Shown here piece by piece: positions 37,414 through 50,835 of a stretch of 64,000 bases of DNA; position 1 is the stretch's first letter; each line of letters begins with the position of its first letter. The notes below the pieces were generated by a model, which worked only from the letters and a program-made list of their open reading frames with translations, did not search any database and was not told the DNA's origin. The stretch is from assembly GCF_018350175.1 (NCBI RefSeq), contig NC_058369.1, positions 26,166,001 to 26,230,000 on the forward strand. The letters run 5' to 3'. The translations under genes and the position numbers were made by a program. This DNA comes from Felis catus. Its lineage: Eukaryota.

Positions 37414-39162
37414 GAAGGGTTGAGCTTTTAGATTCCCTGTTTACAACCCTTTTGCCTCAATAACAAATGCTCTGGAGCCCCACATCTCCTTGATCTTGGC
37501 TCAGGTTATGATCTTGAGGTTTGTGAGATTGAGCCCTGCATCAGACTTTACTGACAGCAGAGAGCCTGCTTGGGATTCTCTCCCTCTCTTTACTCCTCTC
37601 TCTCAAGATAAATAAACTTAAAACAATAATTTTGTTATAATTTTCTAATTATAAAAATAATGTTGCTTATTGTAGAAAATTTGGAAAATGTAGAAGACTA
37701 TAAAAAATCACCTGATGACCTGTAAAGCCACCACTCAGACACTTCTCATGTGATTTCTATACTTATACATATTTACAAAATGGCATCAGAATAACTAGCC
37801 CGTTAGTTGAAAATATAGGCATCGAATCAAATGGCCTTGGATTCATGTCTTGACTCTATCGCTCACCAGCTGTGTGATCTTGAGCAAGTCACGAATGTTC
37901 CTTGAACCGCCAGAATCCTTATCTGTAAACTGGGACAGTACCCTCCTTATGGGGTTGCCATAGAGATTAAAGGACGTGATGGAAATAATACATTCAGTCT
38001 AGTCCCTGGCACAGAAAAGATGCTCAGCAAACAGTGGCAATATTTATTACATGGTTTGGGTCTTTTTTTTTTTTTTTTTAAATCTCACATGACATTGTGA
38101 GCATTTTCCTCAGTTTTCAAATCCACCACTGATGCGTGTTTTCTCTGCACCAATTTCAGGCCAGGAAAAATAGATCCCCCTTCCCCCCGCCCCGGGCTCC
38201 ATCTCCTCAGAATGAGGCTCCAAAGATGAGGGCCCCCAGAAGGCCCTCCCAAACCTGAAACTCAAGATTTTCTTGAGGCTGCTGTTCACAGAGGGAGGGA
38301 GTAGGGATTGAGCATGGCCAGTAGTGAGGGGCTCCCAGCAAGTGGTGTGGTTAGTGGGGCTGGGGGGAAGGGAAGGGACACTCTGGAGAACTCTATGAAC
38401 ACTCTGGGGCCAGAGAAGCCTATTAAACCTTTTGTTGTGCCTCTGAACAGGGAGCAACCAGCATGGTGGGGAAAGAGCCCAGAGAGGGTCAGTTAGGCCT
38501 GGGTCCGAGCCCTTGTTCTTTTGCTCACTTGCTCCATGATGCCCAGGACAATGTACTCCTCCTCTCTGAATTCCAGTTGTCTCGTCTACAAAATGCAACC
38601 AGCAGGGTTGTGAGGCTGAACTTGGATACTGTATGTTAAGGACCCAGCATACAGTAAGCAATCCTGAAATCCGAATTATCATGTGCTGTGGGAGACAATG
38701 CCTCCCATGTCCACCATCTTATCCCCAGTGCGTGCCTCAGAGCAGCTGGCACGTGGTCTACCTTCAGTGAGTGTTTGTTGGCTGAACAGACTTCGCTCTT
38801 TAAGGACACAAACTGAAGAAGCAGACAGAAGCAGGCAGGGTTTGGCATCTGGAAAACTGCCCATGGTGCCAGCCAGCAAACCCAAGATGATGACAGCAGG
38901 CCTCCCTCACTCTCCAACCTCCCTGATGAAGGTCATAATGACAACAGCGTGATGAAACTGGGCTCGTCTCTGAAGTGATAAATCCAGTATGGAAGAGAGG
39001 AAAACACACCTCCACGAATATGGTTGGGTCCTATGTTTGGACTTGATCCTTCCCCTTAACAGCTATGGAATCCTGGGTAAGTCACTTCTTTCTGAGTCTC
39101 TGTTTTCTGGATTACAAAGTGCGGGCAATGCCATCTATGTCATAATAAGAATATAACATTCC

Positions 39163-39380
39163 TGGGAATACCTAGGTGGTTCAGTCAGTTAAGAATCTGA
39201 CTTCAGCTCAGGTCATGAGCTCATGGTTCATGGGTTCAAGCCCCACGTTGGGCTCTGTGCTGACAGCTCAGAGCCTGGAGCCTGCTTCAGATTCTGTGTC
39301 TCCCTCTGTCTCTGCCCCTCCCCTGATTGTGCTGTCTCTCTCTCAAAAATAAATGAATAAACATAAACATTAAAAAAAAA
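39163..39380 (+). mobile_element. CAN-SINE
   Basis: Head, CT tract and tail. Confidence 0.88.
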
Positions 39381-40380
39381 GGATATAAAATTCCTGGCCT
39401 ATAGTAGGTACTTAGACATTAGGCCCTGTAAATATTACTTTCCTGAATGCCTGGGTTTGGGTTTTATTGTTTGTGCTCTCAATGGCTCTGGAGGTATTTG
39501 GGGATGGCCTCTGATTACAGGATGGTCTTGCAACAATGGGGAAAGTAAGGAGTCCTTGACAAAGACTTTTCACATGATTGGTGTTTGGTGTGATGGGCTG
39601 TCCATCCGTCAGCCCTGTAGGACACAGCCGCTCAGGGGAGGTGCTGAGTATAAGCCCCCAATAATGGAATCACCAAGGAACAAAAGATAGTCTTTTGTTC
39701 TCTTAAGACTCTGATGACATTGCCTGGATAGAATAAGTGAGGAAGGTAATGGGAACACAGTCGGTACCCGGGTTCCACGAGCCCTTGTGTGAGGAAGCAG
39801 GGAAAATAGTTTCCTCGTATGTCAAAGTTTCCTGTTGAGCCAGGGAGTCTCGGCTCCCACAGGCTTGGCATGGCTCTTCTGGCTGAACAACAATCTCTGG
39901 AGGGCGTTGGATGCTGTCGAAAGGGCAGGGCCAACCAGGGAGAGGACCATGTAAGTAAGAGCAGAGCATGCCAGTCCTTGCTCTAATCCACTTTGTGTAT
40001 TAATGCCAACAGTGGCAGCTCTGTGTGAGATCACCTGCCCACTCATGGGCTCTACCTTGATTTCTCTAGGCCAACTGGTGCTACAGGTTGTGTAAGGCCC
40101 ACTTTCAGAAAGGCCCAGGGGCTCAGCGAGGAGAAGGGAATTCCCAGGCTTGCTCATACAGCTGCCTGGTGGGATCTGACCCCAGAGCTCCTGGTGTTCC
40201 CACCATACCCTGGTGCCTCCAGGGGTTTCTAAGGTGATAATGCCCAGACAGAGCCCTGGGAAAGGTTTCAGCTCCCAGCATCATCAAAAATAAATTAACC
40301 TGTAGGGTAAAGAGAGTCAAGCAACTCTAAAGAAATGTGAGCAGCATCTCCAGACATTGGTCATAATACCCACGGGAAGT

Positions 40381-40381
40381 C

Positions 40382-40413
<32 letters not shown>

Positions 40414-40714
40414 ATGTATGTATATATATGTATATATGCATATATATGTATATATATGTGTGTGTGTATACATATATATGTACACACACATATATATATA
40501 CATATATATGTAAGTTTTTTAATGGTTTATTTATTTATTTTTGGAAGAGAGAGAGAACACAAGCAGGGGAGGGGCAGAGAGAGAGGGAGACACAGAATCC
40601 GAAGCAGGCTCCAGGCTCAGTGCAGAGCCTGACAGAGGGCTTGAACCCACAAACCATGAGATCATGACCTGAGCCAAAGTCAGACACTTAACTGACTGAG
40701 CCACCCAGGCGCCC
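40381..40714 (-). mobile_element. CAN-SINE (40515-40714) with a (TA)/(TG)/(CA) microsatellite at its tail (40381-40511)
   Basis: Direct observation; GGGAAGTC flanks both ends. Confidence 0.88.
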
Positions 40715-40814
40715 TGTGCAAGGGAAGTCTTATCTAAGTGGAGAGAAAGATAAGAATTGATAGTTGGGAAAAGGTTGATGGGGTGGGCAGTGAAGAAGGA
40801 AGAAGAGAGGGGTG

Positions 40815-40819
40815 TAGAG

Positions 40820-40857
<38 letters not shown>

Positions 40858-41030
40858 GTGGGAGGGAGAAGGAAGGAAAGAAAGAAATAAAGAAAGGAAG
40901 GAGAGTAAGAAAGAAAGAAAGAGAAAGAAAGAAAGAAAAAGAGAAAGAAAGAAAAGAAAAAAGAAAAATGAAAAGCAACAAAACAGAATGAGAAAAAAAA
41001 GAAAGAAAGAAAAGAAGAGAGAAAAGAGCT
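40815..41030. repeat. (GAAA)n purine-rich microsatellite in DNASE1L3 intron 1
   Basis: Direct observation. Confidence 0.95.
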
Positions 41031-41531
41031 AGCAAAAAAATCTGTGCTGCATTGATGGGTAAAAAGACCAGGCTGGGCTGGCCTCCCAGCTCCCCTCCAC
41101 CTACCCACCCACCACCTATAGGAGGTCACTTCACCTTTTGTTGTTCATCTCTTCGTGGGGATAAAAATCCTCCTTTTTAAGGGTGATGAAAGGAAATCAC
41201 GTATTTGCAGTGCCTGACAGGGGCGTTCAGTAACCGGGAGCCAGATGCTGTTTTAGGGGCTTCACACGTGCCAACTCAAGCATTCCCCAAAACCGTCCTA
41301 CAGGGAGGTACTGGCATTACCCTCACGTTCAGATGATGACATGAAGCCCAGAGAGGTGATGTGGTTACTGGAATTACTGCTGCCATTATTGTGACAAAAT
41401 GCCAAGGCGGCTGCTACCTTCACCCCAGCGACTAACTTGAGTGGAACATCTCCTGAGTCTCTTAAAGTCTGAACGCATCAGAGAGGGCACGAGGGGGGTC
41501 CGGCGCTCTTTCCGACAGGAAAAGGTCTCAC

Positions 41532-41672
41532 CTTCACGATGACATCCATGGCATTCTTGTTTTCCTTCTTGGCTTCCCCAAAGGACCTCACATTAAAGGA
41601 GCAGAGCCTCAGGGCCAGGGCACTGCCGGTGGAAAGGAGGAGAAGCAGGAGGAAGGTGGGTGGCTGAGGCAT
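41532..41672 (-). CDS. DNASE1L3: DNase1-like 3, coding exon 1 (signal peptide and mature N-terminus)
   Basis: MPQPPTFLLLLLLSTGSALA|LRLCSFNVRSFGEAKKENKNAMDVIVK|gtgaga; 141 nt. Confidence 0.97.
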
Positions 41673-41752
41673 CCTGATGTTCCTCTGGCTTCAGAGAGAG
41701 GGCAGCGGTGTCTGGTGTGCGAGCTCTAGGCCACTGCTTCAGGCTCAGCTGA

Positions 41753-41760
41753 CTTATAAA
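41753..41760 (-). promoter_or_regulatory. DNASE1L3: Putative TATA box of DNASE1L3 (TTTATAAG)
   Basis: TATA-like element ~80 nt upstream of the ATG. Confidence 0.45.
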
Positions 41761-43679
41761 GCCTGCAGATAACAGGAATTACTGGATTCCTTGTTGCTAC
41801 TTTCACTTCTCTGAGGAACTGAAGATCATGGGTTTCATTCCCCAAGGAAATGGAGAAAAGGGGCTAGTCTTTGAGGAGCCCCTGTTTTTGTCACTCTGGT
41901 GAGGAAATCGGCCTGCGTAATTTGGGCACCATCCTCCGCAAAGTCACTCATATCCCAACCGGGAGCCAGCTGTGACATCTGGTCATCCGTCCTGTGGTGG
42001 CATGCCATCTGCCTTCTTTCCCTGAGAATTGGTAATTCGGAAGCCATCTACCCCGGAGGGCAGCTGGGGTGCAGGAGCCTTCTGTGAGGGGGCAGTAAAG
42101 CAGGGGTCGGAGGGAAATCCTGCCAGGCTTTCTGTCCTCACTGGGATTTGGCAGCCGGCTGTCCCTGGACACACCCAGGCTCCAACTCTCTAATCGCCCC
42201 AATGGGCGTTGTTAAGGTCAAGTCTAGTTTGAGTTACATAATTTTTTAAGGCAGTTTTACTGTATACAGTTTAATACACCAAATGCTAGCAGTGTGTTCC
42301 CAAGAACAGCAATTACTAGCCTGCTAGAACGGGTCAGGAAAATGTGCTTGGACTTTAAGGATGAAGAGCCAGTTAAAGCCCCTAGAAAGATTCACGATTC
42401 AACCAGATATTGCTTTAATGTTTGTAAGAGCTGTATGACCCAGGAAAGGAAGGCTTTGTAAGAGCTGTAGGATTTTGACCTAAGTAAAATGAGTTTTGGA
42501 GATGTGGGCATGGAGACAGAAGATCTGAAATGCAAAATCCAATCAAGTTGTAAGCCCCGGTGAGATTTGCAGACTTGGGCAAGGAAAATTCTTCCGTGAA
42601 GAAGGTGGGTAATGAGAATTGGAAGCCAGCATTGGGATCTCTGGACAACTCCCGCTTTGAAGTGATGGGCGGGTGGCTGTAGCCACAGAGAAAGGTGCGG
42701 ATATATAACTAACATACATCCAGTCAGCATCCTGGCCAAAATCTCTGACCAACCATGCCCAGGCAGGCTAAGGAGATAACCCCAAAGAGCACATGGAGAG
42801 AAATAATGGTTTCCTGAGCTCCTGGTGAGACAAAGCTCTCTAGAGCCTATAACAGGCCTCCTTGAATCTCTGGGGGAAAGGGTGGTGATTGCCTGGCAAA
42901 TAGGCATGTTCCAAAGAGAAGAAGATTTAGAATTAAGTGTGGTACATGCTTTTTGTGCCCTTTAAGAAGGAATCTGAGAGGCGCCTGGGTGGCTCAGTCG
43001 GTTAAGAAAGAATCTGTACATGCGTACATTTTATGAATGTGTAACATGTGAGAGATTTTGGCCCGTTTAACTGACAATTTTTTAATTCCAACGTAAAATG
43101 TGCAATTAGGGGGATGGATTCAGATTCGTGACTTTAAATTGAAACCTTACTAAGGGTTTCATACTAACTGTATGCACCGTTCTGAAACCTTTATGAGAAT
43201 TTTGGGTTAACTATGTTTCCATAAGTTTAATTAAAATTACTTAATATTTAGGGTCACCTGGCTGGCTTAGTTGGTGGAGTGTGCAACACTTGATCTCAGG
43301 ATTATGGGTTCGAGCCCTGTATTGGGTGTAAAGACTCCTTAAAAATAAAAAAAATCTTAAAAAAAAAAGAATTAGTATTTAAAAAGATGGCTTTTTCATT
43401 AGTTCAGACAACTGAAGAAGTTTTCAAGGAAATGGAGTATATTAAATTTATAAAAGAAGTGTAAAATGTTTGAAAATGGATCTATGACCCCTTAAAAGTA
43501 ATTATTTAAGTTTGCCAAATATAGGGTTGGTTAGATTTAGCAAATAAAAACACTAGGTAAATGTGACTTTTAGATCATTCAAATCTAATTGGGCATCCTA
43601 TCTTCTGTTTTATCTGGCAATCCTACCTGGGCTTATGAAAAGAATAAGAAATTTTATAAGCTGAACTTAAAAGCATGAC

Positions 43680-43888
43680 ATTTAAAAAAATGTTTATTTT
43701 TGAGAGACAGAGAGACAGAGTGTGAGTGGGGGAAGGGCAGAGAAAGAGGGAGACACAGAATCCAAAGCAGGTTCCAGGCTCTGAGCTATCTGCACAGAGC
43801 CTGACATGGGGCTGGAACCCACAAACCACGAGATCATGACCTGAGCCGAAGTTGGACACTTAACTGGCTGAGCCACCCAGGTGCCCCA
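43680..43888 (-). mobile_element. CAN-SINE
   Basis: Reverse-complement SINEC. Confidence 0.9.
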
Positions 43889-45600
43889 AGGACAACATTT
43901 TCTAAGTCAATAACAATCCTGTCAGGGTCCTGGAATAATGTTTAGTTCCTAGTATCAAAAATAAGTTACTGGGAGTGCCTGGCTGGCCTAGTCTATGGTG
44001 CATGTGACTCTTGATCTTGGGGTTGGTTGGTTCGAGCCCCATGGTGGGTGCAGAGATTACTTAAAAATAAAATCTTTAAAAAAAGTAAGCTAATCTGTAG
44101 GATGTGAGTCAACTAATCTGTGTTTGAATTTTTAACTTTGATCATTTGAATATTAATTTGAAAAATAAAGTAAACCTCTGAAGAGTGGTTTCTGCATATA
44201 GAAACTGCCCTTAAGGACTTAAAAAAAAAAAATCACCTGAACAGTCAGAAAACATTAACCCCATTCTGTAATTAGCACATTCACTGCATGGAATCGGACT
44301 TGGAAAAAAAAAAAAAAGTACCTGGATTCTGGAAAGAAAATTGTAAGCCTCAAGTTTAACTGAAGCCAACTGGGTACAGGGGCTTGGCGGAGTGTTTTCT
44401 GTGTTTCATATCACTCAATACTCCTCTAAGCCCTTAAGCTATGCTTCCTCCATTTTATAGATGAGCAAACTGAGGTTTGGGCCCAAAGATACACAGCTAG
44501 CCCATTGGAGCTGGGGCATGAACTGAGTCACTCGGACTCCAGACCGGCCTTTCCCCCCCCCCAAACCAGGCACAGCAAAAACCTTAATAAGGAGCAAACA
44601 CTGTAGGTGAGAGATGGGAAGGAGACCGAAGTAGGACTTTCACTTTTTACTGTAGACACTTGGGTATTGTTTGTTTGTTTGGTACTTAAAAAGAAAAAAA
44701 AAAAGTACTAAACAGCTTTTTATTTTTTTTTAAACCGTTTAAACAATGCCGGTGGCTGAGCCAAGGAAAGGCAGCTTTCAACTGGCCCCAAGAGTCACTG
44801 ATAACATGGAAGGTCGGAGTGACCAGGCTGTACTGCAGGCTCAAGGAAAGGAGAAACCCCACACTCGTCCATCCTGTGCTGGGAATTGGGAGTTTGAGAC
44901 CGTTCCTTCCAGGAGCCTAGAGCCCGGAGCCCAGAAGGAAAGGCAGACCCTGGCCTGACCAACGATGCACAGTTTGAAGTGTCCTTCCTACTGCCACTTA
45001 GTGGCTATGGATGACATTTCCTGGGGCATGTACTTTCAACCACTAGTCTATAAGATGCTTCTAGGAAAAAGGGCAAATATATATTACTACCTCTTGGAGA
45101 TTTATAATGCACATTAGCATCTTAAATGTTCTGAAAAGTTCTGCAATAAAGAAAGCTGCTTCACTGTGCTGAAACAGGGGGGCGTCCTGACTTTATTGTC
45201 CACAGAAACTTTTTCTTCATATAATTCCTTTCAATATCTCGAACAACGTCTGCCTTGGGAAATACCATCCTAATGTGGCAGGGACAATCAGGTCCCCTCA
45301 AAGCCTTACACCCTCATCTTTGTTAATAAGCCCCTGCTGAAGGGTCCCATGCATGTCATATGAATGGGTAGAAATGAGGATCAGGAGGTCAGACACATGG
45401 TCCCAAACATCACTGGGAGCCACAGCCATCCACCATGGACCCTGATGGGACAGGAGTCAGTGTGGGGCAATACACTGGGAAAAAGATGGAAGGCAAGATG
45501 GAGATTTCAGGAGGAGTGAACGTGTACAGGCTGAGTAACAGAAAGTAACAAAAGTAGCAAAAAGAAACAAGGGGCTTGTGGGAAAGTCCCCACTCCTGGC

Positions 45601-45625
45601 GGGGGGGGGGGGGGGGGGGGGGGGG
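45601..45625. repeat. poly(G) run of 25 nt
   Basis: Direct observation. Confidence 0.9.
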
Positions 45626-46957
45626 ATAAGCCGCATGACCCAAACAGGTGTTTCAAGTGACTAATGTCACTCTTTATCTCGTAATAAATGAACCCTAGCA
45701 ATAATCTTGTAGTGCATGCAAATTGCTCCAGTTATCACATTTCACAGTCAGCTTCCCTCACCCCAACCGTGAGGGGAGGCGCCTTGTTTAAATTTGCTTA
45801 ATCGTGACACACCTCACCTTTGTATGATGATTTACAAATGATGAAGCAGGCTCTGGGTTTTGACCTCACACAGGTTCTTCCACACGAGGCTGTTCCTGGA
45901 CCTCAAACAAGTCCTTTACTTTCCGAAGAACAGGGCTCAGGGCTCAGTCACTGCTCTGATTAGAACCCTTCAAAGGCCCTTTGTTTGACCTAAAGACCAA
46001 GCTGATTCTTGTGGTCTCTACTTATCTACCTCTTCAAAGTAACACTGTTCTTTTCCCTTCTTCCTCCCCTGGCCTCCCTTCACACCTAGAGGCTTTCAGT
46101 TCCCACCTCAGAGCCTTTGCACAGCTGTTCGCTCCACCCATGGTGCCCTTCCTTCCTCCCCGCTCCAGGTCTCAGCTTAAATCCCACTCCCTCAGAGAAA
46201 CCTTGCCAGAGCCACCCAGCCCATCAATGTCTTCCCTTTTATTCTCTTCCATGGGGCCTGTGTCTTTTGCTTCATGGCATGTATCATAATGTATGGTTAT
46301 CTATGGGCTGTGTGTTGTCTGTCTCCCCCTACACACCTCTGCGGGGACAAGGACACCTACGTGTGTCTGCATTGCCCAGGACAGGACTGGCATGTAGCAG
46401 GTGCTCAGTAAATCATTGTTGAATGAATGGTATGGTGCTCTGATTGACTCCAGAGCCCAGCTTCTCGACCAGCTTGTGAGGACACTGATCCAGGGGAACT
46501 CAGGTCCCTGGATAACCAAGGGAAGCCCCAGACCACCGAGACAAAAGAAATACAGCAGCCACCTGCGCATAGCGTCTGCCTTTCAGGAAGCACTGAGTAC
46601 TAAGTTCTCATATAGCTGGGGCAGATCTCTGGAGCAGAGCTGGGAGCAGTGTAAATGTCTGACTTCGGCTCATGTCATGATCCCACGGTTCATGGGTTCA
46701 TACCCTGCTGTGAGTGCAGAGCCTGCTTCAACTGGCTCCTCTGTCCCCCTCTCTTGTTGCCCCTCCCTCTCTCATGATCTTTCTCTCAAAAATAAGTTGA
46801 AAACAAAAAAATAGTCAAAAATGGGGATATAATAGCTCTTACATTGTAAAGCTGTGACCATCTTGTGAGTTTTTAAATAAAGGCCAGACTCAGCAGTGTC
46901 TGGCCCTTAGGAAGTACTCAGCTGGGGTGATACTCTGCCTTTAGAATAAATTGTACA

Positions 46958-47180
46958 GGGGCGCCTGGGTGGCGCAGTCGGTTAAGCATCCGACTTCAGC
47001 CAGGTCACGATCTCGCGGTCCGTGAGTTCGAGCCCCGCGTCAGGCTCTGGGCTGATGGCTCAGAGCCTGGAACCTGTTCCCGATTCTGTGTCTCCCTCTC
47101 TCTCTGCCCCTCCCCCGTTCATGCTGTGTCTCTCTCTGTCCCAAAAATAAATAAACATTGAAAAAAAAATTAAAAAAAAA
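46958..47180 (+). mobile_element. Young felid CAN-SINE
   Basis: Near-identical to the copies at 11259 and 15668; TSD AGAATAAATTGTACA / AGAAGAAATTGTACA. Confidence 0.95.
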
Positions 47181-48254
47181 AGAAGAAATTGTACAAAGAA
47201 GGGACTGTTATCCCCATTTTACAGATGACAATGTTGAGGTTTAGAGATAATGAAGTCAGGCCCCAGCCTGTAAATGACTGTGAAGTGACATCAAAGGAGG
47301 AATTCAGGTGTTCGGGATTAATTCCCTTAGGCACCCTTTCTTTATGGTACAAAAAGGCACATTAACTCCAGACATCATCTGAACAATTGCAAACTCTGAG
47401 CCAGTGGTATTTGCAATTAATGGGTTCTATCTCCCAGGGTGGGACCAGAAGGAGGAGAATGATGCCCTGGTCTCAGGTGGGATATTTAAGGGGGTGACAG
47501 ACAACTCAGTAATCAAGATAAATCATATTTTATTGCAATATTTTCACTAATTAATCTTGAGTAAGCAAAACTAACGCAGAACATCCACGATGAACAAAGT
47601 ATCAAATATTAAATGAAGACGGAATCCAACCCTCACTTTCACGACCCCGCCTCATTCACCTCATCCTAGTCCTGCTCCTGCCATCTGCAGATCTGAAAAA
47701 CACTGTGGGCACACTCAAAGCACAATGCCTGTTGATTCAGAGAATGACACGGGAGAAGACAGCGCCCTCTTCTGGCTGATAGCGAGCACTGCTCCTCTCC
47801 TGGCAGCCACGTTCATCTTCTTTCCTCCTTAGAGCAGCATCTCACTGCTAGAACAGTCTCTTCTGGTACCTCAGCGCTTTTCATCCTGCTGTTTTGAGAC
47901 ACCCAAGGCTGCGGGCAGGCCACACGATGCCATTGGAGCCCCATCACCCCAACGCTTCCCCCTGGCCACTGCACTGCGCTGGATCCATTGCCTTTCTCTC
48001 CTTGCCACACGCACGAACAAGCCCAAGGACTTCTCCCTGCTTCTATGGCCGATTCTGAAGCTACCTGTTCGTGTAAAGTTGGCCCTTCCAGGCTGACCAT
48101 GAGAGGGGAGTGAGGAAACAGGACCAAGAGGTGGAAGGCTTCTCACAGCTGCTGACTGGTGGGTCTTGAGCAGGGAGCTGGCTGCTTGCCTAACTGCACA
48201 ATTTCTTCTTCTTCTAAGGGTTTGGTGCCAAGTTTTTTTCATTTTACTTAATTA

Positions 48255-48900
48255 TGCTTTAATTTTTATTTATAAATAATTTCAAATATGCATAAAAGTT
48301 GCAAAAATAGCTTGAAAACTCATGTATCCCCTTCATCCAGGTTCACCAATGAACATTTTTTCATTAATTTTTCATTATTTCATTAGTAATGAAATGCAAA
48401 TTTCATTACTAATGAAATTTTTCATTAGTTTTTATACATACAGATTTTTTTTCCCTCAACCGTTCAAGAGTAAGTTAGAGACATTAGGATCCTTTATCCT
48501 TAAATACTTTCAAGTGATTTCTTAAGGACAAGTAATTCGTTTATATAACTGCAAGGCAATTAACACATCAAAACCAGAAGGTTTAGCAACAATACAATAT
48601 TATTACCTAATCTACAGACCTTGTTCAAATTTTACCAATTACTCTAATAATGTCCTTTATAGCAATTTTTTCTTTCTAGTGCAGGATCCAATCCACACTT
48701 ATGCATTGTACTTAGCAGTCCTATGTCCTTGACCCCCTCCAATCTGACCTGTAAAATTCCTAAGCCTTTGTCTTTTATATTCTTGACATTTTTGAGGTGT
48801 GCAGGCTAGCTATTTTGTTGGCTCTCCCTAAGTTTGGGTTTGTCTGAGGCTTCCTCATGATTAGATTCAGGTGATGCATTCTGAGTGGGAATACTGCTTA
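48255..48900 (-). mobile_element. Old LINE-1 3' end fragment (L1M-type)
   Basis: ataatttcaaatatgcataaaagttgcaaaaatag...caggatccaatcc...ttgacatttttga...cctcatgattagattcagg pattern. Confidence 0.6.
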
Positions 48901-49679
48901 GGTGTTTCACAGAAGTTCTTAAATAAGCATCTCATGGTAGTCACAGGGAAGTCAGGTGACTCAGACACAGGAAGTAGATTATGATTTAAAAGCTCTTAAT
49001 AACAGTCGCTAACATTTATTGAGTGCTTGCTGTTTGACACGCCTCTCTGTGTTTGTTGATTTGGGCACTATTCTCTCCTTGTACCGGGTGCTTATGTTGG
49101 ATCACAATAAAACGATAATAGCAGTACAGGTGTTGAGCTTTATTAGGCCCCATATTGTCCATCTTCTTTTCATGCACAAGGTCCATTAAGTCTTACTACC
49201 ACCCAAACACTACTATTATCTTCATTTTACACATGAGGAAACTAGCCTCAGAGAGGGTGTCGCTTGCACCAGCTCTCGGAGCTACCAAGCTGGGACTGTT
49301 TGCCACCAGAGTATGAGCACTTAGTTGGTCCCCTATACCATTTCTTCTCTGGTATGTAGCACTGACAAGGCCCTGCTAGTATTCCAGCTCAGAACACTGA
49401 GAACAATCCATGTCCCACCCCCTAGACTCCCAGCAAGCTGGGATGTTTTCTCTCCCATATTCTGAACTCCCCCACTTACCCCACACATAAGGAGCATGAG
49501 AACTTGGGAGATACCCCATGCTGTGAGTAGGGGACCTCAGTAGGGGGTGTGGTGTTCTCCAGGGGCAGATATCCCTCCTGAGTCATCACCCATTGGACAA
49601 TTATTTACAAATCCACTGAAAATTACATCAGCTCCAAAGACAGGGTGAGGAGTGCAGCTATGGGCAGGTGTCAATCTTT

Positions 49680-49875
49680 TTAAAAAGTTTTTTAAATGTT
49701 TATTTATTTTTGACGAGACAGAGTGTGGGCAGGGGAGGGGCAGAGAGAGAGGGAGACACAAAATCCAAAACAGGTTCCAAGCTCTGAGCTGTCAGCACAG
49801 AGCCTGATATGGGGCTCGAACTCACAAACCACAAGATCATAAGCTGAGCGCTTAACTGACTGAGCCACCCAGGTG
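49680..49875 (-). mobile_element. CAN-SINE
   Basis: ggtgtcaatctt flanks. Confidence 0.88.
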
Positions 49876-50586
49876 GTGTCAATCTTCAACCAAACAGTGA
49901 CTCATAAATGATTCTTGATGCAGGAATCCTACTGCAGGATGACATTTCTCCTCTACAGGCAGAGCCTGCTCCAAAGTCAGCCAAGAACCAGATTTACGTG
50001 CAGGCCAGTGTCATTCCTAAGACATGACCTTAAGAATTCAGCCCTGGAGATTTGTTGCCACAAGTAAGTCCCAGTCTGGAACCGGGGATCATTTTGCATC
50101 ATGGGTGTTTTAGGGGATTTGTTATTCACTCATTTAACAGCCTACTAAATGTGGAGGGAGATACAGAGATGAATAAGGCAGCTCTTGCTCTTGGGGACTC
50201 AAAATTGGATAGTTAATTGGACTTGCCTTTGGTTTCAGTTTTCTGTGCCTCTGAGTCTTCATTGTGTATCCAGTGGCCAAAAAACAATTATGAATATGAA
50301 TTACCAATGTAAATCTTGGACTCAAACCTCTTTGAGCCCCATTGGCCACCATTTTCTCTGGACCATTATGACCTCTCTGCAGAGTCAGGAAGGGTGACCA
50401 ACCCTCCCAGTTCGCCCAAAACTGAGCGGGGCTTTTGGTGCAAACACAGAGAAAGTCCTGAGCAAACTGGGATGAATTGGTTACCCTAGTTTAGCTGGGA
50501 ACAAGGGCAGCAGGAAGAGAATGAGCAAGTGGGAGAGTAATAACAATAGTCAACATTTATTTTGTTTAAGAATTTAGTAATGGTTA

Positions 50587-50759
50587 GGGTGCCTGGGTGG
50601 CTCAGTTGGTGCCTCAGTCAGTTGAGTGTCCAACTTTGGCTCAGTTCATGATCTTGTGGTCCGTTAGTTCCAGCCTCGCGTCGGGCTCTGTGCTGACAGC
50701 TCAGAGCCTGGAGCCTGCTTCGGATTCTGTGTCTCCTTCTCTCTCCCTGCCCCTCCCCT

Positions 50760-50803
<44 letters not shown>

Positions 50804-50835
50804 TCAAAAATAAACATTTAAAAACAATTTTTAAG
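50587..50835 (+). mobile_element. CAN-SINE
   Basis: TSD AAGAATTTAGTAATGGTTAG. Confidence 0.92.

Noticed and set aside
38110..38682. 190-aa minus-strand ORF in DNASE1L3 intron 1
   Set aside because: Partly MIR-derived, with no recognisable domain or splice context.
40730..41129. Phe/Leu/Ser-rich and Lys/Glu/Arg-rich ORFs
   Set aside because: Translations of the (GAAA)n repeat.
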